Shown here piece by piece: positions 40,514 through 51,846 of a stretch of 64,000 bases of DNA; within the stretch, counting starts at the first letter, position 1; each line of letters opens with the position of its first letter. Made by a program: the position numbers and the translations under genes. The DNA comes from Malacoraja senta (Eukaryota): assembly GCA_038087875.1 (NCBI GenBank), contig CM075997.1, positions 3,908,001-3,972,000 of the forward strand, in the 5' to 3' direction. Under the pieces are notes generated by a model that worked only from the letters and a program-made list of their open reading frames with translations, was not told the DNA's origin and made no database searches.

Positions 40514-40892
40514 TCTTACGTAAGAAGGAAACTGCAGGTGCTGGTTTACACCGAAGATAGACACAAAATGCTGGAGTAACTCAGCCGGTCGTAACTCAGC
40601 GGGTCAGGCAGCATCTCTGGGGAAAAGGAATAATGACATTTTGGATCGGGACCCTTGATCAGACTGAGTGTCAAGGAGGGGGACACTGGAGGTGTGGGAA
40701 GGTACAGAGCAAAGCAGAGCCTGCGTCGATGACTCAGGAAATGTGGAGCCCACAATGGTCATTGTTGGCTGGTGGCAAGGTGATAACGAATGAATACAAA
40801 CGGTGAAATTAGCAAGTGGACTAGGGTGGGGGGGGAGAGGATGGAGAGATGGAATGTAGGGCTTACTTGAAGTTGTGGTTCTAGACCTAACC

Positions 40893-41077
40893 ATGAAGGC
40901 CCGTTGCCATGACGACGTTGCCGGGTGGGCCTGGCCAAGCATAGCCGTGGTGTCCTCCGCCGCTGTAGGCCGCGTGCGGTCCACGTGCTCGGCTTCTTGG
41001 AGCGGCGTCCGGTCCCAGCCGAGCCCCAGGCTGCTGCAGGGCCTCCAGCGGCCCACTCCCCAGTTAAGGCCCACTAG
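40893..41077 (+). CDS. Candidate first exon of the aftiphilin/CLBA1-family gene (coding status uncertain)
   Basis: GC/CpG-rich unique segment with ACCATGA at 40890-40896, an open frame to the donor AG|GTGGGT, and an adjacent X-box-like motif. No recognisable homology. Confidence 0.3.
40903..40916. promoter_or_regulatory. RFX X-box-like palindrome GTTGCCATGACGAC
   Basis: 12/14 match to GTTGCCATGGCAAC, at the 5' edge of a CpG-rich segment upstream of the aftiphilin-like exons. Confidence 0.4.
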
Positions 41078-41193
41078 GTGGGTTCCTGTGGGGCCCAGAT
41101 CTGTGGTGGACGAGCCGGAAATCGATGTTCATGTGAGCTGACCAAGCGAAATACGAGGCTCACCTCCTGTCTTACCTGTCTTTGTCTGTTCAG

Positions 41194-41295
41194 TTCTGCA
41201 GAGGGACCCCCGTGTTGGCGTACAGCTTCGCTCCTTCCTGCAACTGCACCGTACATGGGTCGGAAAGATCGGATTAACTTCCCCCCAGCGCGCTG
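41194..41295 (+). CDS. Candidate second exon of the aftiphilin/CLBA1-family gene
   Basis: Polypyrimidine tract plus cag (alternative cag ending at 41201) and donor CTG|GTAAT. Phase-compatible with the candidate first exon and with the acceptor at 42007. Confidence 0.35.
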
Positions 41296-42007
41296 GTAAT
41301 CGGACTGAAGAACAAGGTTCAAGTGATCTCCAGAGGCGACGATCGCTCCCCCACCCTCCCACTGGTGGTTTGAGTGGCTGAGGCTCGAAGATACCGCTGG
41401 ATGTAGGCTTAAGAGGTCACATAGTCCAAGGTAAAGGACAGCCAGCTCGGGGGGAGCCCCCACACCGAGCAGCGATCCCCGCACATTAACACTGCCTTAT
41501 ACACACTAGGGAACAATGATCACATTTACACCACGCCAATTCGGCCCTTCAGCCCAACTCTGCCCATGCTGACCCAAATGTCCCATCCAAGCTAGTTCCA
41601 TTTGGCCCATATCACTCTAAACCTTTCCTATCCATTATCTATCTTTTAAATGGTAATTAATGACCTGCCTCAATTACCTCCTTTGGCAGCTCGTTCCATA
41701 CACCCATCACCCTTTGAGTGAAAAAGTTGCCCCTTAGGGTCCTTTTAAATCTTTTCTCCCCCCTCCTCACCTATACGTCCACTGGTTATTGATTGCCCTA
41801 CTCAGGATCAAAGACCCTATCTATCCCCCTGCATCTCCGCTAGATCACCCCTCAGCCTCCTGCGCTCCAAGGAATAAAGTCCTTGGCTGGCCAACCTGCC
41901 CCTGTAGTTCGGGCCCTCGAGTCCTGGCAACATCAGAGGGGGGAGGATGGGGTTTCAGCGACCCCTCTGGCTTTAGTTGGAGAGGGGGATGGATATGATG
42001 TTTTCAG

Positions 42008-43469
42008 GCCCCCAGGTCTATGGTGCCAGCTGCCTGCCCTCTGGCACTGGGGACTTGGTGACCAGGCTCCCTCCACAAGGCCCGCCGGGCAACGGCCCCT
42101 GGCCCCTGCTGCCCCCCGCCAGGAGCTGCTGCTGGGGACGGGGCCCGGCCGAGGACGGGGCCCGGCAGCTGGGGCCGAGCCAGGAGGCGGTGGGGCCCAC
42201 CGGCCGTGCCGCCGGTGAGGGGTGCAGCAAGGTGGCGAGGCAGCACCCGGAGAGGGCGGTCCCTCCCGCGGAGCTCCGGCCGGCGAGGGCGCAGAGGGTG
42301 AGTCCTGTCACGGAGCTGGTCTCCTCGCAGAGCTAGAGGATGGCTCCTGCCATGGAGCAGGTCCCCCTGTGGAGGTGGAGGGTTGGTCCTGTCATGGAGT
42401 TTGTCCCCTCGCTGAGCTAGATGATAGGTCCTGTCATGGAGCTGGTCCCTTCACAGAGGGTAGGTCATGTCATGGAGCTGGTCCCCCCTGGAGGCAGAGG
42501 GTGGGTCCTGTGATGGAGGTGGTCCTCCTGTGGAGCTAGAGGGTGTGCCCCATCATGGAGATAACCAGGAGAATGGACCCATTGATGGAGCTGGCCTGAT
42601 AGTGATGGGGAGGGGGCCCCCTGATGGAGCTGGCCCCAGTTTGGAGGCGGGTGATGGGCCCTACCGTGGAGCCAGCGGGGAAACGGGTGGGCCCCCTCAT
42701 GGAGCAGGCCACACCATGGAGATACAGTGTAGGCCCTGTCACGGAGCTGGCCAGCTGGGAGGCCCACGGGAATATGGCGATGGCGTTGGCAAAGATGGTG
42801 CCTTTACAGAGGAGATGGAACTCCAGCGGCGACAGTGTGCCCATCGGAGAACCCAGGTGGGTAAAGAGAGCGCGACGGAAATGAGAGGCGTGTTGAAAAC
42901 CCATCGCCATGGATCCTGGGAGCTCTCAGGTCCCATCTCTGTGGCTCCCACAAGGCCGGTAACCACGACGATGGACGCCATTGATGGTCGGGCCTATGGA
43001 TCCTGTTCCACCTCAACTGCTCCCAAAAGCCCAGTAACCATGGCGATGGGCGCCATGGAGGATCGGGCCTATGGATCCTGTTCCACCTCAGCTGCTCCCA
43101 AAAGCCCAGTAACCATGGCGATGGGCGCCATGGAGGATCGGGCCTATGGATCCAGGGAGTTTTCCGGTCCCACCTCAGTTGCTCCCACAAGCCCAGTAAC
43201 CACGACGACGGCCGCCGTGGAGGGCTGGGCCCCCGTGCCTGACATCGGGCTCCGGGAGGACCAGGGGCCCGAGGAAACGGACGATGACTTTGGGACGTTC
43301 GAGCAGGCGGGGAACCTGGTGGTGTGGGCCGCGGCGGCGGGGCCCGTGTGGCTGGAGGACGAGGATCAGATCGGCGGCAGCGGGAACCGGGAGGACAAGG
43401 CACAAGACGGAACGTGGACGCCTTGGCCTGAGGAATTCGCAGAAACCACACAGCACGGAGCAAGTCACG
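42008..43469 (+). CDS. Large acidic/Gly-rich exon of the aftiphilin/CLBA1-family gene, with internal tandem repeats and apparent frame disruptions
   Basis: Acceptor ttttcag at 42007 and donor CACG|GTAAAC at 43469 (phase 1, matching the next exon). ORFs 41977, 42222 and 42467 overlap in successive -1 frames. Contains DDDFGTF at 43280-43300. The 5' boundary and frame are uncertain. Confidence 0.65.
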
Positions 43470-43593
43470 GTAAACAGGGCACCAACATTGGAGAGGTGTG
43501 GGGTGGATAGAACATAAAACAGTACCGCACAGGAACGGGCCCTTCGGCCCACTATGGTCAGTTTAGTTTGGTTTAATTTATGATTGTCATGTG

Positions 43594-43961
43594 TTTAGTT
43601 TAGAGATACAGCACGGAAACAGGCCCGAGTCCGCTCCGCCCAGCGATCCCCGCACCTTAACGCACCTTTTATTTTTTAGAAGTACGGTAGATTACAGTAA
43701 TGTACAACACGTATATATTAATACATTTTTTGTACCGCTTCACTTTTTTACACTGGGGGACATTTATATTTATATTTATACCAAGCCAATTAATCTACAA
43801 ACCTGTACGTTTCTGGAGTGTGGGAGGAAACCAGAGCACCCGGAGAAAACCCACGCAGGTCACGGGGAGAATGTGCAAACTCCGTATAGACAGCAACCGT
43901 GGGCAGGATCGAACCTGGGTCGAACGCTATAAGGCAGCAACATTATCTCTGTGCCACCGTG
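43594..43961 (-). mobile_element. V-SINE (HE1-like) with internal AT-rich insert
   Basis: Reverse-complement head, V-domain and (ctaaa)n tail. Confidence 0.78.
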
Positions 43962-43995
43962 CTATCCAGCCAGAGATAAGACCATCGATGAAGAG

Positions 43996-44704
43996 TGGGC
44001 GGCATGGTGGTGCAGCGGTAGAGTTGCTGCCTCACAGCGCCAGAGACCCGGGTTCGATCCTGACCACGGGTGCTGTCTGTACGGAGTTTGTACGTTCTCC
44101 CCGTGACCTGCGTGGGTTTTCTCCGGGTGCTCCGGTTTCCTCCCGCACTCCAAAGACGTGCAGGTTTGTTGGTTAATTGGCTGGGTGTAAATGTAAATTG
44201 TCCCTCGTGTTTGTGGGATCGTGCGAGTGTACGGGGTGATCCGTGGATCGTCACCTTGTCGTGGTGGAGAAGCTTGTGTGGACCTGAGATCCTGAGAGCG
44301 ATGCCGACTGGAGCTATCTATGCTCCTGGTAGGGCCACCCATGGCGGTAAGGTCGAGGGGAAGGTCCCTGACAAAGAGCAATCCAACCAAGACCTCAACG
44401 GTGGAACAGGCGGAGGACGATGGCTGACCTTAGTGGAGCGTCACAATGGCTGGGAAGGCGGATGGATGAAGGCTGCAGCAGAAAAGGGTCTCCGGTCGTC
44501 TTGGACTCCATGCCACTGGATCCTGACCCAGATCTGTCGAGGACCGTGGGGTGGCTGTCTGTGCACCAGTCTCCCCACGTTAAACAAAGTCACACGCCTG
44601 TCGGCATCCTCCATATAGGGAATAGCACCCTGGAGACACCCATGGTCAGCCATGGCCGAAGGAGACGGCGTGATGGCTGTTCAGTGCAGACTCGGTGGGC
44701 CGAT
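43996..44704 (+). mobile_element. V-SINE (HE1-like) interrupted at 44241-44669
   Basis: Head and V-domain run to 44240. The tail resumes at 44670 ('gactcggtgggccga'). Confidence 0.85.
44241..44669 (+). mobile_element. Short non-autonomous RTE-like element
   Basis: Begins 'ggatcgtcaccttgtcgtggtggagaagcttgtg...cctggtagggccacccatggc', resembling from memory the 5' ends of Expander/Rex3/BovB. No RT ORF. GTGAT direct repeats at 44236-44240 and 44670-44674. Confidence 0.6.
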
Positions 44705-45959
44705 CATTCCCGTAAACCTCCTCTGGACCCTCTCAAACGCCAGCACATCCTTCCTCAGATATGGGGCCCAAAACTGCCCACAATACTCCAAATGTGCCTT
44801 ATGGAGCCTCAGCATTACATCCCTGTAGGGAAACTGCAAGATGGCATGTTGGAGGTAAGATTATGAGAGGCTTGGATAGTATAGACAGCCAGAGACTGTT
44901 TCACAAGGTAGGGCTGTCTGAAAGGTGGAGAGGGAGAGGGGGAACAATTAAAGAGGATCTGACGACTAAATCATTCACACAGAGTGTAGGTGGTATCTGG
45001 AATGAGCTGCCAGAGGAGGCAGGAGCACCAACAGCATTGATGAGGCAGAAGGAACTGAGGTTTACAAATGAGGACACACGGTGCTGGAGGAATTCAATGG
45101 GACAGGCAGCATCTACAGAGAGAAGGAATGGGTGACGTTTCGTGTCGAGACCCTTCTTCAGACTGATGTCGGGGGGGGGGGGGAGGGGAATAGAAAGTGA
45201 ACGCATACAGTAGAAATTGTAGGAGACCTGGGAAGGAGGGAGAAAGCAAGGGACTATCTGAAATAGTATATTGTCAAGTGTACCGAGGTACAGTGAAAAT
45301 CTTTAGTTGCCTGCTATCCAGTCAGCGGAAAGACAAAACATGATCACAATCGATCCATTTACAGTGTATAGATACAAGATAAGGGAATAAGGTTTAGTGC
45401 AAGGTAAAGACTAGGTTAAAGATAGTCCGATGAGGTAGATGGTAGCTCAGGACCGCTCTCTAGTTGTTGGTAGGATGGTTCAGTTGCCTGATAACAGCCA
45501 GAAAATAAGAAATGCTGCTGTAGGAGTCGAGATTAGAGAGTGTGGAGCGATTGTAATATGAGTTTGTAGTTCTGCTTCCGTGGCCATTCTTAGTTACGTG
45601 TGTGACCAAAAAGATGAAAAGATTGTGGAATGCATCTCTTCTAACTCTGAAAGCATTACAGGGTATTGTTTTGTGCTGCATATATGATTCATATGTTTTC
45701 CGGTTTATCAAGTGAAATCTTCGTATGCTATGCTGACATTGTTTGTTTAGGGTCAGAGGCCAAATGGGACTGGTCACGTGTGTGACGTTTTTGGTTCACT
45801 TTCTAAAGAACGGGCCTTCTGTGGCCACCATCTTGGACGCCATCTTGAATGAGCGTCCACTTCCTGTGCTGTACTGTTCTATGGTGAGGTTGGTTTGGAG
45901 GGATGGGGGGGGGGATTCGAGGGCAATGTGTTTTACCGGATGTCTGTCTGTGTCTCCAG

Positions 45960-46207
45960 GGTTCGGTGACGGAGCGGAGGAGAGCTGGGAGAGCAAGAGT
46001 CCTCGCGGCAGCCCTGGCCCCACCCCCACCTCCAGCGGTGCCTGGCAGCCCTTCCAGGGGGGGAGTCTGGGCGGCGGCTTCGGTGCTTTCCCGCCGAGCG
46101 AGCGGCAGGCAGCGCGGTGTGGCCTCGGACAGCCCTGGTGGCCCGCCGGCGCGCCGGTGCGTACAGGCTTCCCAACGGAGGAGTCTTCAGAGTCTGCGCG
46201 GGGCAGA
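45960..46207 (+). CDS. Aftiphilin/CLBA1-family internal exon
   Basis: ctccag|...|gtaagt, phase 1/0. Translates GFGDGAEESWESKSPRGSPGPTPTSSGAWQPFQGGSLGGGFGAFPP...QPWWPAG...ARGR, with WxxF and FGxF motifs. Confidence 0.8.
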
Positions 46208-46733
46208 GTAAGTGAAGACAGACATAAAACGCTGGAGTAACTCAGCTGGTGAGGCAGCATCTCTGGAGAGAAGGAATGGGTGACATTTCGGGTCGAGACC
46301 CTTCTTCAGACTGAGGGTCAAAGGGGAGAGGGAGTCACAGAGATAGGGTGTGAAAACAAGAGATTAAAGTGAATCTGAAGGTGTATGATTTTACACCACT
46401 TACTGTACTTCTTGCCCGATGGGAGCGGGGAGAAGAGGGAGTGTCCGGCGTGGGACTGATAGTACAGCGCATGAGGGCAGTGTAACTTGGCATCATGCTC
46501 GGCAGGGACTCTGTGGGCTGAAGGGCCTGTTCCTGTGCTGTACTGTTCTGCGGAACAAAAACCTGGTGGAACTCAGCGGGAGAGGCAGCATCTCTGGAGA
46601 GAAGGAATGGATGACGTTTTGGGTCGAGACCCTTGAAGAGACAGGTCTGAAGAAGGGTCCCTCTCGCCCATCCCTTCTCTCCAGAGATGCTGCCTGTCCC
46701 GCTGAGTTACTCCAGCTTTTTGTGCCTATCTTC

Positions 46734-47492
46734 AGAATCAGAATCAGAATCACACTTTATTCGCCAAATATGGTTTGCAACATACGAGGAATTTCATTGG
46801 CCAGGTCAGTCATACAATTAAAAGCAACAAATCACTCAAAAACACATTTTAACATGAACATCCACCACAGTGACTCCTACACATTCCTCACTGTGATGGA
46901 AGGCGAAATAAAGTTCAAGTCCTTCCCTTAGTTCTTCCTCGGTCGTGGGCCTCGAGCCCTCCGTTGATGGGACGATCTTGACTCCCGTAGCCGGCGGCGT
47001 TTTGGCCCTCCGCGTCGAGGCGTTCAGCTCCCGCATCGGGGGGGATGTCAGCTCCCCGCGCCGGGCGATCGAACCTCACGTCGGGGCTGGTCGAACCTTC
47101 CGTGACGTTGGAGTTTCCCGACTCGGCTTCACCCGAGACTGCGAGCCCTTTGATGGTAAGTCCACAGTGGTCGCGGTGGGAGCGACCCCAGGCAAGGGAT
47201 CAGCTCCGATGTTAAGTCCGCGCCCCGCGGTGGGGCTCACGACAGTCCGAGGAGGCCTCCAGCTCCATCGATGGTAGGCCGCAGAGCCCGGAGAATGCGA
47301 TCCGAAAATTGATCACATCTCCGGGAAGGAACCTGAAAAAAAGTTTCCCCTGATCCCCTCCCCCCTCCCCCTCACATAAAACCAACCGAAGAACATTAAA
47401 ACAAACTTTGAACGCACTAAAAAATAACAAAAAGAGTGAAAAGACGAACAGATTGCTGGCAGGGCTGCCATCTCCCCGACACCCCCTGGTGG
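46734..47492 (-). mobile_element. CpG-rich non-autonomous LINE-derived element with Rex1-like 3' end and (attctg)n tail
   Basis: Minus strand ends AATAAA + (attctg)n like the other Rex1 tails in the window. It splits a Penelope-type terminus. No coding similarity seen. Confidence 0.55.
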
Positions 47493-47599
47493 TCTTATGG
47501 TGTAAACCAGCTTCTGCAGTTCCTTCTTACACAGTAGTGTTCTATGTTCTGTGTGTAGCCGCATCTCTCTGTCCTGACTCACCTCTGCTTGGTTTCCAG

Positions 47600-47730
47600 G
47601 GTGACGTGGAGTCCGTGCTGCGCTCCTGTTTCCCCGCCGTCCTCTGCAGCGGCGGCACATGCGACGCATGCCCCACTCTGGAATACATTCTGGACGGCAC
47701 TGATGCGACCGGGGACGGAGGAGCCACCAG
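47600..47730 (+). CDS. Aftiphilin/CLBA1-family internal exon, first half of the conserved clathrin-binding-box-of-aftiphilin region
   Basis: ttccag|...|gtaatg, phase 0/2. Translates GDVESVLRSCFPAVLCSGGTCDACPTLEYILDG..., resembling from memory aftiphilin 'ERIFEACFP...TSLKHLLE'. Confidence 0.82.
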
Positions 47731-47959
47731 GTAATGTTGTCCCCACGGACCGATATGCGGCACGCCACACGGGGGGTCATAAGGTCATAAGTGATAGGAG
47801 CAGAATTAGGCCATTCGGCCCATCAAGTCTACTCCACCATTCAATCATGGCTGATCTATCTCTCTCCCTCCTAACCCCATTCTCCTGCCTTCTCCCCATA
47901 ACCCCTGACACCCGTACGATTTACAATTTACCAACCCAATTAACCTACAAACCCGCACG

Positions 47960-48226
47960 TTTTTAGTTTAGTTTAGAGGAAACAAGGCTTTCGGCCTACT
48001 GAGTCCGTGCCGACCAGCGATCCCCGCACATTAACACACTGGGGACAATTTACAATTTTAACCTACACACCTGCACGTCTTTGGAGTGTGGGAGGAAACC
48101 AGAGCACCCGGAGAAAACCCACGCAGGTCACAGGGAGAACGTACAAACTCCGTACAGACAGCACCCATGGTCAGGATTGAACCTGGGTCTCTGGCGCTGT
48201 GAGGCAGCAACTCTACCGCTGCACCA
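47960..48226 (-). mobile_element. V-SINE (HE1-like)
   Basis: Reverse-complement copy. Confidence 0.85.
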
Positions 48227-48889
48227 CTCATGCCATCCATAATTGGAGCCTATCCTCACTGGAGCCTATTCCATTGTCCAGACTTCCTCATATTTTGTTT
48301 CATTTCACCTTGCTACGTATATAGAGGCCATTAGGCCCATCAAATCCATGCTAGCTCTCAGAAGTCCAAGGAATCCCATTCCACCACTTATTTCCCTGCG
48401 ACCCATCGCTTCATAATCAAATAGGGAGGAGCTGCATCAAAGATAAATACAAAATGCTGGAGTAACTCAGCGGGACTGGCCCCAACTCTGGATAGAATGG
48501 AATGGGTGACGTTTTGGGTCTGAAGAAGGGTCTCAACCCATTCCTTCTCTCCAGAGATGCTGCCCGTCCCGCTGAGTTACTCCAGCATTTTGTGCCCACT
48601 CTCGGGATGCAACCCGGGTCTCTGGCGCTGTAAGGGACCAGCTCTGCCCACTGCACCACCGTCCCACCTTGATCCAGATCTTCCACCCAGGATGTGTAGA
48701 GGCAGTGGGACTCAGCAGTCGGGGTGTGTGCAAAGGAACTGCAGATGCTGGTTTACACCAAAGATAGACACAAAATGGCCGCTCCTTCTACCCAGAGACG
48801 CCGCTCGATCTAATTTGATCATCCGCACTCCCGGGTGTATGTGCTGCACTGGTGCGTGTTTCAACCCCCCCCCCCCCGTTGCGTTGCAG

Positions 48890-49016
48890 GGGCCGGGCCA
48901 GTGAGTTGTGGGCGACCCTGCGGGACGTGGATGAGGCCGTCGGCCTGAAGCAGCGACACGGGTACCGGAGTCACGGGCTGCTGCTGGCGGCACTGAGCGT
49001 GGATCCTGCCCGCACG
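48890..49016 (+). CDS. Aftiphilin/CLBA1-family internal exon, second half of the conserved region
   Basis: ttgcag|...|gtgagt, phase 2/0. Translates GRASELWATLRDVDEAVGLKQRHGYRSHGLLLAALSVDPART, resembling from memory aftiphilin 'VWTELQDIHDAHGLRYQWGGSHSNKKLLSSLGID'. Confidence 0.85.
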
Positions 49017-49881
49017 GTGAGTCCCGGCTCGCCCCGCTCCGCCCCGCACCGCCCTCGGGTGCTTGCATGGGATTAGGAGGCCATTCGGCCCATCCTCACC
49101 ACGCCAGACCTCACAGCAGGCCCGTTGCATTAGTGGCCAACACGACCAGTCCTGGCTCACTGCGCCCAGCCCTCTGGGTACTTGTTGATGCCCTTTCTGT
49201 GGCCACTCTTCGCATACCTTGAGTATGAATATCACATGTGACAATAAAGTATCATTCATTCATCTGGTGTCGGCATGGAAGGAGGAGGCCGCTCGGCCCA
49301 TCGAGGCTATGCCAGATCTCAGTGCAAGCCAGCTGTCTTGGTAGATACAAGGAACTGCAGATGCTAGTTTACTACAAAGGCACAAAGTGCTGGAGTAACT
49401 CAGCAGGGTCAGGCATCAACGTTGGAGAACATGCATAGGTGACGTTTCACAGTGTGCTGGAGTAACTCAGCGGTTCGGGCAGCATCTCTAGGGAACATGG
49501 TTCGGTAATGTTTCGGGTCGAGACCCTTCTTCACCTCAGTACAGTACAGGAAAAACGTAACCTATCCGTGCTGAAGAAGGGTCTCGACCTAACCATGTTC
49601 TCCAGAGATGCTGCCTGCCCTGCAGAGTTATTCCAGCACTTTGTATCCCGCTGTATTGGTATTGTTTAGTTTTGAGATACAGCATGGAAACAGGCCCTTT
49701 GGCCCATCGAATCCATGCTGACCATCGATCACAATAGTTGTAATTAATAATAATTTTAATAACTTTATTTGTATAGCCCTTATCATACAATTGAATGCTT
49801 TCCACAAGAGCATAGGCAGTTAGTAGCATAAAAAGCACAGAATTATATACAAATATAAAATATAAAATTGAGATTGTGAAA

Positions 49882-50115
49882 CAGGCTTTCCCAACCTTTT
49901 TCGTCCCATTTACCCCCGGCAAATAATAGCACCTAACAATGCTACTTCACTTATTTATGAACAACTAATGATCAACAGATACTGGTATACCAGAACCAAA
50001 CACAGTCAATGAGAAAAAATATGTATAAATCCAGTCAACATATTTACCCCCTGGGTAGGCGAAATGTACCCCCTGGGGTACATGGGGTACATTTACCCCA
50101 GGTTGGGAACCCTTG
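49882..50115. mobile_element. hAT-type MITE, uninterrupted copy of the element at 2209-3019
   Basis: TIRs CAGGCTTTCCCAACCT / AGGTTGGGAACCCTTG. Internal sequence aligns with 2209-2298 plus 2879-3019. Degenerate 8-bp TSD TTGTGAAA/GTGTAAAA. Confidence 0.85.
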
Positions 50116-50508
50116 GTGTAAAAGGACAAAGGAAGTTTGTCACTTTCTCACGCACCAGGGGGAATTTAGAGAGGGCCAATTAGAAGAGTAACTACGTTTA
50201 TTGGCCAAGTATTCACATACAAGGAATTTGCCTTGGTGCTCCGCCCACAAGTAACAACATGACATACAGTGACAGTGACGAATGACTCAGAAAACACGAA
50301 ACATGAATAATAATAAAACATGAAACCTACAAACCCACACGTCTTTGGGCTGTGGGAGGAAACCGGAGCACCCGGAGGAAACCTGCCCCTCTCCGCATGT
50401 ATTCCCTTTCCCATTCAGGTCTCTCCCCTTTATTTGCAGCCCACTTTCCCTTCCATGTCTGCCTCACTTTATGTTCACTGTCGATGGCTTTGTCTCTGAT
50501 TCCTCCAG

Positions 50509-50634
50509 GACCCCCCGCTGGGCGGCACGACAGCGCTGGACCCGTCCCCGCTGTCCGCCAGAGAGAACAGGTTGGAGTCGTTCACGTCTCCGATCAGCTC
50601 CGGCCGGGATCCCCGGGACTTAACGTTGATCAAG
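50509..50634 (+). CDS. Aftiphilin/CLBA1-family penultimate exon
   Basis: cctccag|...|gtaggc, 126 nt, open, phase 0/0: DPPLGGTTALDPSPLSARENRLESFTSPISSGRDPRDLTLIK. Supported by splice signals and phase only. Confidence 0.7.
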
Positions 50635-50678
50635 GTAGGCCAGAGTGGACAAGCCAACTATGTCACCCCCTTAAAATC

Positions 50679-51455
50679 CCAACAGTCTTAAAACACAAAA
50701 TGCATGGAAGAAATAATTAAAGTGATGAGTGGTAAGGATTGGGGATGTGCAAAGATTCGGGAGGTGAGGTGCGGGAGTCAGTCGACCCCACGACAGAAGG
50801 GGGAGGAGGTGTACAGTTTGATAGCCACAGGTAAGAAGGATCTCCTGTGGCGTTCTGTCCTGCATCTTGGATCTGCATCTTCTTCTGACCAAGATCGCGC
50901 TGATCAGCGACCAACCCCTTACTCTAACACAATCCTACACACCAGGGACAATTTTACAAAATTACCAAAGCCAATTAACCTACAAACCTGGGAACGTGGG
51001 AGGAATCTGGAGCACCCGGAGAAAACCCACGCAGGTCACAGGGAGAACGTACAAACTCCGTACAGACAACTCCCGAGGTCAGGATTGAACCCGGGTCTCT
51101 GGCGCTGTGAGGCAGCGACTTCACCACTGTGCCACCTCTATTGGAAATAGGACTGTCAGATAAAGAAGAGATTGGGTTGTTCAGCCTGTCATGCCAGCTG
51201 CACTTTCCATTAGATCAGCAGCAATTTCCAGCTTTTAATCCTTTAATGTTTCCATACTATTCATCCACATTGCGAGCCCAGTTTAGACAATAGACAATAG
51301 GTGCAGGAGTAGGCCATTCGGCCCTTCGAGCCAGCACCGCCATTCAATGTGATCATGGCTGATCATCCCCAATCAGTACCCCGTTCCTGCCTTCTCCCCA
51401 TATCCCCTGACTCCGCTATTTTTAAGAGCCCTATCTAGCTCTCTCTTGAAAGCAT
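50679..51455 (+). repeat. 777-bp duplicated block, copy 1 (Rex1-like tail piece, V-SINE, unique spacer, CR1 tail)
   Basis: Collinear with 61170-61946 at a constant offset of 10,491, with scattered substitutions only. Confidence 0.92.
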
Positions 51456-51552
51456 GAATTGATATGAATTGAATTAGACTGAATTGAAATTGAATTGAAT
51501 GAAACTGAATTGATTTGAATTGAATGAGATTGAATTGAACTGAATTGGATTT
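51455..51552. repeat. (TGAAT)n microsatellite
   Basis: Directly visible, imperfect. Confidence 0.88.
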
Positions 51553-51559
51553 AGACTGT

Positions 51560-51846
51560 ACTTTAGACATACAGTGCCGAAACCGGCCCTTCGGCCCATC
51601 GCGTCCACCCCATACACTAACATTATCCTAGGATAACATTATCCTACACACACTAGGGATAATTTTACAATTTTACTAAAGTAATTCACCTACAAACCTG
51701 TACGTCTTTGGAGTGTGGGAGGAAACCGACGCACCCCGGAGAAAATCACAGGGAGAACATGCGAACTCCGTACAGACAGCACCCTTAGTCAGGATCGAAC
51801 CCGTGTCTCTGGCGCTGTGAGGCAGTAACTCTACCGCCAGGCCACA
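51560..51846 (-). mobile_element. V-SINE (HE1-like)
   Basis: Reverse-complement copy. Confidence 0.82.

Noticed and set aside
42216..42218. Selenocysteine or programmed readthrough at the in-frame TGA
   Set aside because: No SECIS recognised, the context (TGA GGG) is not a known readthrough motif, and nearby indel errors are a simpler explanation.
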